NCBI GenBank assembly: GCA_018065465.1 | Contig: JAGHTC010000009.1 | Coordinates: 9,484-73,483, forward strand | From: Candidatus Ruminococcus equi | Lineage (GTDB): Bacteria > Bacillota > Clostridia > Oscillospirales > Acutalibacteraceae | DNA length: 64,000 bases | Direction: 5' to 3' | Shown: piece by piece, positions 20,468-28,423 of the stretch | Layout of the letters: every line of letters begins with the position of its first letter | How positions within the stretch are numbered: the stretch's first letter is position 1 | Made by a program: the position numbers and the translations under genes | The notes under the pieces: model-generated | What the model was told of the DNA's origin: nothing | What the model saw: the letters and a program-made list of their open reading frames with translations, nothing else | Databases searched by the model: none

Positions 20468-21034
20468 ATGGTACAGAAATTTGAATTTACACCGCTTGAG
20501 CTTGAGGGCGCATATCTTATCAAGCCTTTTTATGCAACGGACGACCGCGGTGGTCTTATCAAAGATTATAATGTCGATACATTCAAAGCAAACGGAATTG
20601 ACCACGACTTAAAGGAAGTTTTCTACACTATTTCAAAGCGCGGCGTTATCCGTGCTACACATTTTCAACTGGTAAAACAGCAGGCTAAATTAGTCCGTTG
20701 TGTCAGCGGTCATGTCTATGATGTTATCGTTGACCTGCGAATTGATTCACCTACTTTCGGTAAGTGGCAGGGCTTTCACCTTACAGGTGAAAACACCAAT
20801 TCTTTGCTGGTGCCCCAGTATTTCGGTCACGGTTATCTTGTAATTGAAGACTCCGTTGTCAGTTACAAATGTGCCGAAGTGTTCTACGGTGAAGGTGATT
20901 CGGGCATTATGTATAATGACCCCGACATTGCTATAGAATGGCCTTTTGAACTTATCGGCGGAAAAGAAAATCTTATTATCAGCGAAAAGGACAAAGCCCT
21001 TATGTCGCTGAAGGATTATAAAAAATTATTCTGA
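20468..21034 (+). CDS. RmlC-family NDP-4-keto-6-deoxyhexose 3,5-epimerase
   Basis: 'RGVIRATHFQ..QAKLVRC..G.VYDVIVDLR.DSPTFGKW', 'FGHGY', 'SYKC'; His/Lys/Tyr catalytic positions present. Confidence 0.92.
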   Translation: MVQKFEFTPLELEGAYLIKPFYATDDRGGLIKDYNVDTFKANGIDHDLKEVFYTISKRGVIRATHFQLVKQQAKLVRCVSGHVYDVIVDLRIDSPTFGKWQGFHLTGENTNSLLVPQYFGHGYLVIEDSVVSYKCAEVFYGEGDSGIMYNDPDIAIEWPFELIGGKENLIISEKDKALMSLKDYKKLF

Positions 21035-21050
21035 TTTTGAGGAAAGCATA

Positions 21051-22196
21051 TTGACAGACAGAGAATTACTCGCACTCGGCTATGATATTATTTATCTTAT
21101 TTCGTGTGCGATAAAGGACGAAATTCCCGAAAAAGAAAAAGTCAATAATATGTCGTTTGCCGATATTTACAGTTTATCCGCAAAGCATACAGTAACCGCA
21201 CTTATCGGCTATCCGCTGTGTAAGTGCGACTTTCTTTCACAAGACGAAAAAGTGCCGTTTTCAAATGCTGTGGATATTGCAAAACTGCGTGCTGTTACCG
21301 TTGGTGCCGAAAGAGAAAGTATACTTTCATTTATGAGAGAAAACGGGATATGGTATCTTTTGATGAAAGGTCTTGTGATAAGAGATTTATATCCGAAAAG
21401 TTATCTTCGTGAAATGACCGATAACGATATTCTCTACAACTCGGATTTTTACGGAAAAGTTAAGCAGTTTATGCTCTCAAAGGGGTATAAAAGCGATACC
21501 GTAACTGCGGGTACGAGCGTAGATGAATACGAAGCAGAACCGTATTTTTACTTTGAACTTCACAAACGCTTTTTTATGGCTGATGAGGATTTGTATAACT
21601 CTTATTACGCCGATATGAGTAAGTTTTTAGTAAAAACCGACTCCGATTTTGAGTACAAACTTTCCGATGAGGATTTTTATGTATATATGGTGCTCCACAG
21701 CTTTAAGCATTATAAAAGCGGCGGTATCGGTATTCGTTTTTTGATAGACTGCTATCTTTACAACGAAAAGAAAAAGTCACTCGATAGAAGTTATATTGAC
21801 GAGCAACTGAAAATCTTGCAAATATACGATTTTGAAAAAGAGTTTTCACGCCTTGCAAAAAGCCTTTTTGAAAATGAAAAGCTTTCGAAAGACGATGAGG
21901 AAAAATTCCTTTGTTATCTAAAGTCGGATACTTTCGGAACACAAAGTCAAAGACTCAAAAAGAGCATTGAAAAAATATCGGGTAACGATAATTTTGGTGA
22001 CGAGGAAAAGAAAAAATATATAAAAAACAGGCTGTTTCCTGACTTGGAATGGTTTCGAGGGAATGTGCCGTTTTGCTACAATCACAGATGGGCTATACCT
22101 TTTTACGACATATACAGACTCTTTTCAAGAGGCATAAAAAACAGAAAAAAAATAAAAAAAGAAGTTAAAGAAATAAAAAAACTCGGTAGAGATTGA
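21051..22196 (+). CDS. Uncharacterised nucleotidyltransferase-fold protein (NTP_transf_5-like)
   Basis: TTG start; 'LMKGLVIRDLYP..LREMTDNDIL', 'FELH', 'HSFKHY..GGIGIRFLID'. Confidence 0.78.
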   Translation: MTDRELLALGYDIIYLISCAIKDEIPEKEKVNNMSFADIYSLSAKHTVTALIGYPLCKCDFLSQDEKVPFSNAVDIAKLRAVTVGAERESILSFMRENGIWYLLMKGLVIRDLYPKSYLREMTDNDILYNSDFYGKVKQFMLSKGYKSDTVTAGTSVDEYEAEPYFYFELHKRFFMADEDLYNSYYADMSKFLVKTDSDFEYKLSDEDFYVYMVLHSFKHYKSGGIGIRFLIDCYLYNEKKKSLDRSYIDEQLKILQIYDFEKEFSRLAKSLFENEKLSKDDEEKFLCYLKSDTFGTQSQRLKKSIEKISGNDNFGDEEKKKYIKNRLFPDLEWFRGNVPFCYNHRWAIPFYDIYRLFSRGIKNRKKIKKEVKEIKKLGRD

Positions 22197-22771
22197 TTAT
22201 GATTGACAGAATACTTGTATCTATTTATGATGCACCACTGCAAAAAACGCTTTTCGTAGTTGCCTTCTTTATAATATTATGGATTGTCTTTTCCGTTTTG
22301 TCGGTGAAAAAGGGAAAATTTGCTTTTGCTTTTAGGGTAATAAATTTTGCTGTTTTCTTTGTATCTGTTTTCGGGATAATTGCAATGACGGTTCTTTCAA
22401 GGCAAGAGGGAAGTTTTCAGAACAATTTTATTCCCTTTGCGTATCTGAAGGAAAATGAATTTTTGTTTGATCTAAAGCGTTCAATGCTTATGAACAGTAT
22501 TTTATTTATACCTTTCTCGTTAACTTTTCCCTTTGTTTTGGGCAGTAAGTTTTCGTGGAAAAACGCTATCCTTACCTTAGTGTTCGGTATTATGTTTTCC
22601 GTTTGTGTTGAGGCAGTGCAGTTGTTTTTATCAATCGGAAAAGCGGATATTGATGATGTGATTTTCAACACCTTGGGTGTCGTTATCGGCGAAATCCCGT
22701 ATATGATTTATGGTCTATTCAGCAGAAAGAACGGTGAGAAAAATAAACATAGAAGATATAAACATCAATAA
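22193..22771 (+). CDS. VanZ-family membrane protein
   Basis: Hydrophobic; 'NSILFIPF', 'VEAVQ..LSIGKADIDDVIFNTLG'. ATG 22199 is an alternative start. Confidence 0.85.
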   Translation: MIMIDRILVSIYDAPLQKTLFVVAFFIILWIVFSVLSVKKGKFAFAFRVINFAVFFVSVFGIIAMTVLSRQEGSFQNNFIPFAYLKENEFLFDLKRSMLMNSILFIPFSLTFPFVLGSKFSWKNAILTLVFGIMFSVCVEAVQLFLSIGKADIDDVIFNTLGVVIGEIPYMIYGLFSRKNGEKNKHRRYKHQ

Positions 22772-23264
22772 TGCACCCATAGAAACAGAAAGAAAATTTC
22801 TTATTGAATTTCCAGATATCGAAAAACTGTCTTTGATGCCATCATATTCTTGTGTTCATATTGAACAGACTTATCTGAAAAAAGAAAACGGCGACAAATG
22901 CAGAGTAAGAAAAATTATGGATAGTCAAGGGGTTAAGTATATATTTACACAAAAGGAAAAGATTTCCGAACTTTCGCGCTACGAGTTTGAAACTCAAATC
23001 AGTAAAGAAGAATACGAAAATCTGCTTTTATTAAAAATGCCACACTCAAATACGATAATAAAAGACAGGCATACGTTCTTTTACAATAATCAAAAATACG
23101 AAGTAGATATTTATGAATTTTGGACTGATAAAGCAACAATGGAAGCAGAAACAGAAAAGGAAGATACACAAGTGCTGATACCGCCTTGTGTTACGCTTAT
23201 AGAAGAAGTAACATTCGACAGGCGGTACAGAAATTCATCTCTTGCAAAAAATCATACATTTTAG
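22710..23264 (+). CDS. CYTH-domain (triphosphate tunnel) protein
   Basis: ExExK motif 'IETERKFLI', 'IEQTYL', 'RVRK', 'KDRHTF', 'YEVDIY', 'MEAE'; exact start uncertain. Confidence 0.85.
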   Translation: MVYSAERTVRKINIEDININNAPIETERKFLIEFPDIEKLSLMPSYSCVHIEQTYLKKENGDKCRVRKIMDSQGVKYIFTQKEKISELSRYEFETQISKEEYENLLLLKMPHSNTIIKDRHTFFYNNQKYEVDIYEFWTDKATMEAETEKEDTQVLIPPCVTLIEEVTFDRRYRNSSLAKNHTF

Positions 23265-23266
23265 TA

Positions 23267-23300
23267 AAAGCGACTTATCTTTTGATAGGTCGCTTTCTTT
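23267..23300 (+). terminator. Intrinsic terminator ending the polysaccharide operon
   Basis: AAAGCGACTTATC-TTTT-GATAGGTCGCTTT stem (one G.T pair) followed by CTTT. Confidence 0.8.
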
Positions 23301-23308
23301 ATATTTAG

Positions 23309-23337
23309 TTGACAATATACATAAAAAGTAATATAAT
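23309..23337 (+). promoter_or_regulatory. Consensus sigma-A promoter for capD-galE-glmS
   Basis: TTGACA (23309-14), 17 nt, TATAAT (23332-37). Confidence 0.85.
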
Positions 23338-23402
23338 CAATATGTATAATTATGAGTTATTTTGGGACAGTATGAATTTTTTTGAGATTTGGGGGAAACA
23401 AG

Positions 23403-25298
23403 ATGAAAAAGATAAATGCAAGAAAAATACTTTTGATGTTCACGGATATTATACTCGTTTCGGTATCATCGTGGCTTTCAAACAGCATTTTGATGATAGT
23501 TTGCCAGGCTATGAAAGTTAATCCCAGCAGAATAACCGTAAACCCGTACAGACTTTTCTGGGTTATTGCGCTGAATGTTTTGTTCTGCTTTTTCAGTATG
23601 TTTGTTTGCGGAGCATATACAAAAACCTGGCGTGAGTTTTCTAAAAGAGATTACCTTATGTCTATTTTGGGTATTGCCATCGGACTGGCACTCAGCCTTG
23701 TTTTCACTTTGCTTACCGGATATACGGCAACAGCGTGGTTTTATGTAGTTAACTTTGTGCTTACCTCTGCTGTTATTGTACTTTTCAGATTTATTTTCAA
23801 AAAGACTTTCCTCAACCTTACCGAAGCGGGCAGAAGCGAAAACTACGAACGCACTCTTATCGTCGGTGCGGGACAGGCAGCAAAGATTATCCTTACCGAT
23901 ATAAGAAGTGCAAGAAGCGACAACAACAACCCGTCAAGAAATATTCTTCCCGTATGTATGGTCGATGATGACGCCACAAAAAGGGGAAAAAGAATTCTCG
24001 GAATTGATGTTATCGGTACAACAAAAGATATACCTAAAATCTGTGATGAATGGAATATAGAACTGATTATTTTTGCCATTCCGTCTTGTGATGAAGAAGA
24101 ACGAAAGAGAATTATGGAAATTTGTTCTTCTACCGACTGCAAAATAAAAATGGTCCCATATCTTTCACAGATATTATTTGACGACAATGAAGGCCCTCAA
24201 CTTTTAAATCAGGTAAAAGATATAAAAATCGAAGACCTTTTGGGCAGAGACCCGATTACCTTTGATAAATCAAAAATAAGAAGTTTTATTGAAAATAAAG
24301 TATGTATGGTAACCGGTGGCGGCGGTTCAATCGGCTCCGAACTTGTCAGACAGATTGCAAAGTATAATCCAAAGCAGGTTATCATAGTAGATATTTACGA
24401 AAACAACGCCTATGATATCCAGCAGGAACTTTACATCGAATACGAAGACAAGCTGAATTTAGTAACGCTTATTGCTTCCGTTCGCGATTACAAAAAGATG
24501 GAAACGATATTCCAAAAATACAAGCCCGATATAGTTTTCCATGCTGCTGCACATAAGCATGTTCCGCTGATGGAAGTTTCACCCGCAGAAGCGGTGAAGA
24601 ACAATATCTTCGGCACATGGAACATGGTAACTCTTGCTGAACTTTACAGAGTAAAAAAATTCGTTATGATTTCCACCGATAAAGCCGTAAATCCGACAAA
24701 TGTTATGGGTGCGACAAAGCGTTGTTGCGAAATGATAGTTCAGTACAAATCACAGTCGGGCAGTGAGACTGAATTTGTTACAACAAGATTCGGTAATGTT
24801 TTGGGTTCAAACGGCTCCGTTATTCCGCTTTTCAGACGACAGATTGAAAGCGGTAAACCCGTTACGGTTACTCACCCCGACATCATCCGCTACTTTATGA
24901 CCATTCCCGAGGCTGTATCACTGGTACTTGAAGCAGGCTCTATCGCAAACGGCGGTGAGATTTTTGTTCTCGATATGGGCGACCCCGTAAAGATTACAAC
25001 TCTTGCAGAAAACCTTATCCGTATGTACGGCAAGGTACCTTACCGTGATGTTGAAATCAAGTTCACAGGTCTTCGTCCCGGCGAGAAACTTTTTGAAGAA
25101 TTGCTTATGGACGAAGAAGGCTTGAAATCGACAGAGAATAAAAAGATATTTATCGGAAATCAAATCAATATTGACGCACCCGTGCTTTTATCTCAACTTG
25201 AAACTTTGCAGGAATTTGCAGAAAACAATGAAGACGAAAAGGCAGTACAGTTGTTATCAGAAATAGTTCCTACTTTCAATCATAAAATAAACAGATAG
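23403..25298 (+). CDS. CapD/PglF-family membrane-anchored UDP-sugar 4,6-dehydratase
   Basis: Four N-terminal TM segments, 'LIVGAGQA', 'IEDLLGRD', 'VTGGGGSIGSEL', 'FHAAAHKHVPLME', 'ISTDKAVNPTNVMGATK', 'RFGNVLGSNGSVIPLF'. Confidence 0.93.
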   Translation: MKKINARKILLMFTDIILVSVSSWLSNSILMIVCQAMKVNPSRITVNPYRLFWVIALNVLFCFFSMFVCGAYTKTWREFSKRDYLMSILGIAIGLALSLVFTLLTGYTATAWFYVVNFVLTSAVIVLFRFIFKKTFLNLTEAGRSENYERTLIVGAGQAAKIILTDIRSARSDNNNPSRNILPVCMVDDDATKRGKRILGIDVIGTTKDIPKICDEWNIELIIFAIPSCDEEERKRIMEICSSTDCKIKMVPYLSQILFDDNEGPQLLNQVKDIKIEDLLGRDPITFDKSKIRSFIENKVCMVTGGGGSIGSELVRQIAKYNPKQVIIVDIYENNAYDIQQELYIEYEDKLNLVTLIASVRDYKKMETIFQKYKPDIVFHAAAHKHVPLMEVSPAEAVKNNIFGTWNMVTLAELYRVKKFVMISTDKAVNPTNVMGATKRCCEMIVQYKSQSGSETEFVTTRFGNVLGSNGSVIPLFRRQIESGKPVTVTHPDIIRYFMTIPEAVSLVLEAGSIANGGEIFVLDMGDPVKITTLAENLIRMYGKVPYRDVEIKFTGLRPGEKLFEELLMDEEGLKSTENKKIFIGNQINIDAPVLLSQLETLQEFAENNEDEKAVQLLSEIVPTFNHKINR

Positions 25299-25308
25299 GA
25301 GAAAGACT

Positions 25309-26325
25309 ATGAAAGTCTTACTGACAGGCGGAGCAGGATACATTGGCAGTCATACCTGCGTTGAGTTGATTAACTCAGGTTATGAACCCGTTATCGCCGA
25401 TAATCTTTCAAACAGTTCAATAAAGGTGCTTGACAGGATTGAGAAAATCACAGGCAAAAAGCCGATATTTTACGAAATTGATGTTGCGGACTTTGACTCT
25501 CTTGATAAACTGTTTTTTGAACAGGACATAGATGCTGTTATCCATTTTGCCGGATACAAGGCAGTCGGCGAAAGTTATATGTTCCCGGTAAAGTATTATA
25601 GAAATAATATAAATACAACTCTTACCCTGCTTGATGTAATGAAAAAGCACGGCGTTAACAAAATAGTTTTCAGTTCATCTGCAACGGTTTACGGTATTCC
25701 GAAAACTACTCCTTGTCTGGACGAAACAATGCCTACTTGTTGTGCAAATCCCTATGGATGGACAAAACTTTTTGTCGAGCAAATATTAAGGGATACAGCA
25801 ACTGCCGAAAAAGAATTTTCAGTGGTCCTTTTGAGATATTTTAACCCGATAGGTGCTCACGAAAGCGGACTTATCGGTGATAACCCGAACGGAATACCGA
25901 ATAACCTTATGCCCTATATTACTCAGGTTGCGGTAAAAAAACTGCCCTATCTGCGTGTTTTCGGAAATGACTATAACACAAAAGACGGTACAGGTGTGCG
26001 AGATTATATCCATGTTGTAGATTTGGCAAGGGGACACTTAAAAGCACTTGAATATGCAGATAAACACAATGGGACTGAGGTGTTTAATCTCGGAACCGGA
26101 AACGGATGCAGTGTTCTCGATGTGGTAAACGCTTTTTCAAAAGCAAATGATATGGAAATACCTTATCAAATTTGCGACAGACGCCCGGGAGATATTGACG
26201 AATATTTTGCAAATCCCAAAAAGGCAAATGAAATCCTTAATTGGAAAGCCGAATTTGACCTTTTTGATATGTGCAGAGATTCGTGGAATTGGCAAAAAAA
26301 TAATAAAAACGGTTATGATGATTAA
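25309..26325 (+). CDS. galE: UDP-glucose 4-epimerase
   Basis: 'TGGAGYIGSHT', 'IHFAGYKAVGES', 'FSSSATVYG', 'NPYGWTK', 'LRYFNP', 'PNNLMPY'. Confidence 0.96.
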   Translation: MKVLLTGGAGYIGSHTCVELINSGYEPVIADNLSNSSIKVLDRIEKITGKKPIFYEIDVADFDSLDKLFFEQDIDAVIHFAGYKAVGESYMFPVKYYRNNINTTLTLLDVMKKHGVNKIVFSSSATVYGIPKTTPCLDETMPTCCANPYGWTKLFVEQILRDTATAEKEFSVVLLRYFNPIGAHESGLIGDNPNGIPNNLMPYITQVAVKKLPYLRVFGNDYNTKDGTGVRDYIHVVDLARGHLKALEYADKHNGTEVFNLGTGNGCSVLDVVNAFSKANDMEIPYQICDRRPGDIDEYFANPKKANEILNWKAEFDLFDMCRDSWNWQKNNKNGYDD

Positions 26326-26371
26326 CTAAATCAATTATATATTATTAAATCTATTTTTAGGAGACTTTGTT

Positions 26372-28195
26372 ATGTGTGGAATAGTTGGATATGTTGGCCC
26401 CAGAGATTGCTCGGAAGTCCTTGTTTCGGCATTGTCGAAACTTGAATACAGAGGATATGACTCTGCGGGTATTGCTGTCTTTGATGACGGAAAAATCAAG
26501 GTGGCAAAATCAAAAGGCAGACTCAAAGACCTTGAAGATAAAATGGAGAAAGAGGGAAAGTTATCAGGTCACGCCGGTATAGGCCATACAAGATGGGCAA
26601 CTCACGGTGAACCTTCGGATATCAACTCTCATCCCCATTCGGGAAAAAATGTTACCATAGTACATAACGGTATTATTGAAAACTACAAGGACTTAAAGCA
26701 ATTTTTGCTTGATAAAGGTGTTATCTTCTTGAGTGATACCGATACAGAAGTTGTAGCACTTCTTCTTGATTACTACTATAACGGCAACCCCATTGAAACC
26801 ATAAAAAAGGTTTTATCGGAGATTCGAGGCTCTTTTGCACTCGGTATCGTTTTTGCCGATAAACCCGACACGGTCTATGCCGTAAGATGTGAAAGTCCCC
26901 TTATCGTTGGACAGGGACAGGATGAAAGTTTTATCGCTTCCGATGTTCCCGCTATTATTCAATACACAAAGAACTATTATCTCCTTGAAAAAGGCGAAAT
27001 CGCCATATTAAAAGACGGTTCTGTCAGCTTTTGCGATACAGACGGAAACAAGATTGAGAAGGAACTCAAAACAGCCGATTGGGACCAAGACGCAGCAGAA
27101 AAAGGCGGTTACGACCACTTTATGATAAAAGAAATCCACGAACAGCCCACTGCAGTTAAAACTACAATTACTCCGAGGATTGAGAACGGCTTGCCCTCAC
27201 TTTCCGAGTGCGGAATTACTCTTGACGCGCTTAAATCTTTCAAGCAGATTTTTGTTGTTGCCTGCGGTACCGCTATGCACGCAGGTATGGTCGGCAAATA
27301 TGTAATGGAAAAACTTGCCCGTGTACCCGTTATCGTTGATATCGCGTCGGAATTCCGCTATCGTGAGCCGATTGTCGGCGAAGGCGATTTGGTAATCATC
27401 ATTTCACAGTCCGGCGAAACGGCAGATTCCCTCGCCGCTTTGAAACTTTCAAAGAGCCTTGGCGCAAAGACACTTGCCATAGTAAATGTAAAGGGCAGTT
27501 CTATTGCAAGAGAAGCGGATATGGTTATCTATACTCACGCAGGCCCCGAGATTGCCGTTGCTTCTACAAAGGCTTATCTTGTTCAACTTTCAGTTATGTA
27601 TCTTCTCTCGTTTGAGATGGCTTTTGCCAAAGGAATGATTGACGAAAACGAATGCAGAAGATTGACAGAAATTTTGACAAAAACTCCCGAATATATTGAA
27701 GATACCATCAACAAAGTTGCTGATGACTGCAAATCGATTTCAGAACAACTTGTTGATACCGAAAGTATGCTTTATATCGGACGCGGACTTGACTATGCAC
27801 TTTCTATGGAAGGCTCCTTAAAACTTAAAGAGATTTCCTACATACATTCGGAAGCATACGCTGCAGGCGAACTCAAACACGGTACAATCTCGCTTATTAC
27901 TAATGGAATGCCCGTTGTAGCAATCGCAACACAAAACGCCTTACTTGAAAAAACCGTTTCCAATATCAAAGAAGTAAAAGCAAGAGGCGCGATGTCGATT
28001 ATCATCTGTGATGAATTTGCTAATATCGACCCCGAAGCCGCTGATTATATCATAAGAGTACAGCAGATTGAAGAAATACTCATGCCTTTAATTGCGGCTG
28101 TGCCTATGCAACTTCTTGCATACTATACATCCGTTAACAGAGGTAACGATGTAGATAAACCGAGAAACCTTGCTAAATCGGTTACTGTTGAATAA
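26372..28195 (+). CDS. glmS: Glutamine-fructose-6-phosphate aminotransferase
   Basis: 'MCGIVG', 'LEYRGYDSAG', 'GHTRWATHG', two SIS domains, C-terminal 'DKPRNLAKSVTVE'. Confidence 0.98.
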   Translation: MCGIVGYVGPRDCSEVLVSALSKLEYRGYDSAGIAVFDDGKIKVAKSKGRLKDLEDKMEKEGKLSGHAGIGHTRWATHGEPSDINSHPHSGKNVTIVHNGIIENYKDLKQFLLDKGVIFLSDTDTEVVALLLDYYYNGNPIETIKKVLSEIRGSFALGIVFADKPDTVYAVRCESPLIVGQGQDESFIASDVPAIIQYTKNYYLLEKGEIAILKDGSVSFCDTDGNKIEKELKTADWDQDAAEKGGYDHFMIKEIHEQPTAVKTTITPRIENGLPSLSECGITLDALKSFKQIFVVACGTAMHAGMVGKYVMEKLARVPVIVDIASEFRYREPIVGEGDLVIIISQSGETADSLAALKLSKSLGAKTLAIVNVKGSSIAREADMVIYTHAGPEIAVASTKAYLVQLSVMYLLSFEMAFAKGMIDENECRRLTEILTKTPEYIEDTINKVADDCKSISEQLVDTESMLYIGRGLDYALSMEGSLKLKEISYIHSEAYAAGELKHGTISLITNGMPVVAIATQNALLEKTVSNIKEVKARGAMSIIICDEFANIDPEAADYIIRVQQIEEILMPLIAAVPMQLLAYYTSVNRGNDVDKPRNLAKSVTVE

Positions 28196-28221
28196 AAATT
28201 GCATAGTAATATGCAAGAAAT

Positions 28222-28246
28222 AAAGGCGGGTAACATCCCGCCTTTT
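28222..28246 (+). terminator. Intrinsic terminator after glmS
   Basis: AAAGGCGGG-TAACAT-CCCGCCTTTT. Confidence 0.85.
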
Positions 28247-28276
28247 AGTATAAAAAACAATTTATTGCCCGATAAA

Positions 28277-28313
28277 TATTCATTTTTATCCTAATTTATT
28301 ATAAAAATGAATA
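28277..28313. promoter_or_regulatory. 13-bp inverted repeat upstream of the permease promoter (candidate operator)
   Basis: TATTCATTTTTAT (28277-89), 11 nt, ATAAAAATGAATA (28301-13). Confidence 0.45.
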
Positions 28314-28340
28314 AAATTAGTAAATATTTCGTAAAATTTC

Positions 28341-28369
28341 TTGACTTTCTGTTCTAAAAATGTTTTAAT
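28341..28369 (+). promoter_or_regulatory. Sigma-A promoter of the permease/HTH-LicC operon
   Basis: TTGACT, 17 nt, TTTAAT, with extended -10 TG at 28361-62. Confidence 0.65.
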
Positions 28370-28423
28370 TGTTATGCAAAATGAATTTTTTATTAACAAA
28401 ATTACATTTTTTGGGGGAAAATC

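Noticed and set aside
17695-21034. 3,6-dideoxyhexose (abequose/paratose/tyvelose) pathway
   Set aside because: No DdhC/DdhD in the window; both DegT proteins keep the PLP Lys (SFHATK), so neither is an E1 dehydrase.
21051-22196. Lasso-peptide cluster
   Set aside because: No precursor, PqqD-like, B-protease or asparagine-synthase-like cyclase genes nearby.
22193-22771. Glycopeptide-resistance locus
   Set aside because: Lone VanZ-family gene; no vanHAX/RS.
22710-23264. Cyclic-nucleotide defence system built on CYTH or the nucleotidyltransferase
   Set aside because: No CD-NTase motifs, effectors or Cap proteins recognisable.
26326-26371. glmS ribozyme
   Set aside because: The 46-nt AT-rich gap is too short and shows no stems.
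28199-28216. TTGCATA-GTAA-TATGCAA palindrome after the glmS stop as an operator
   Set aside because: Lies before the terminator and far from the next promoter; AT-rich 7-bp arms can arise by chance.
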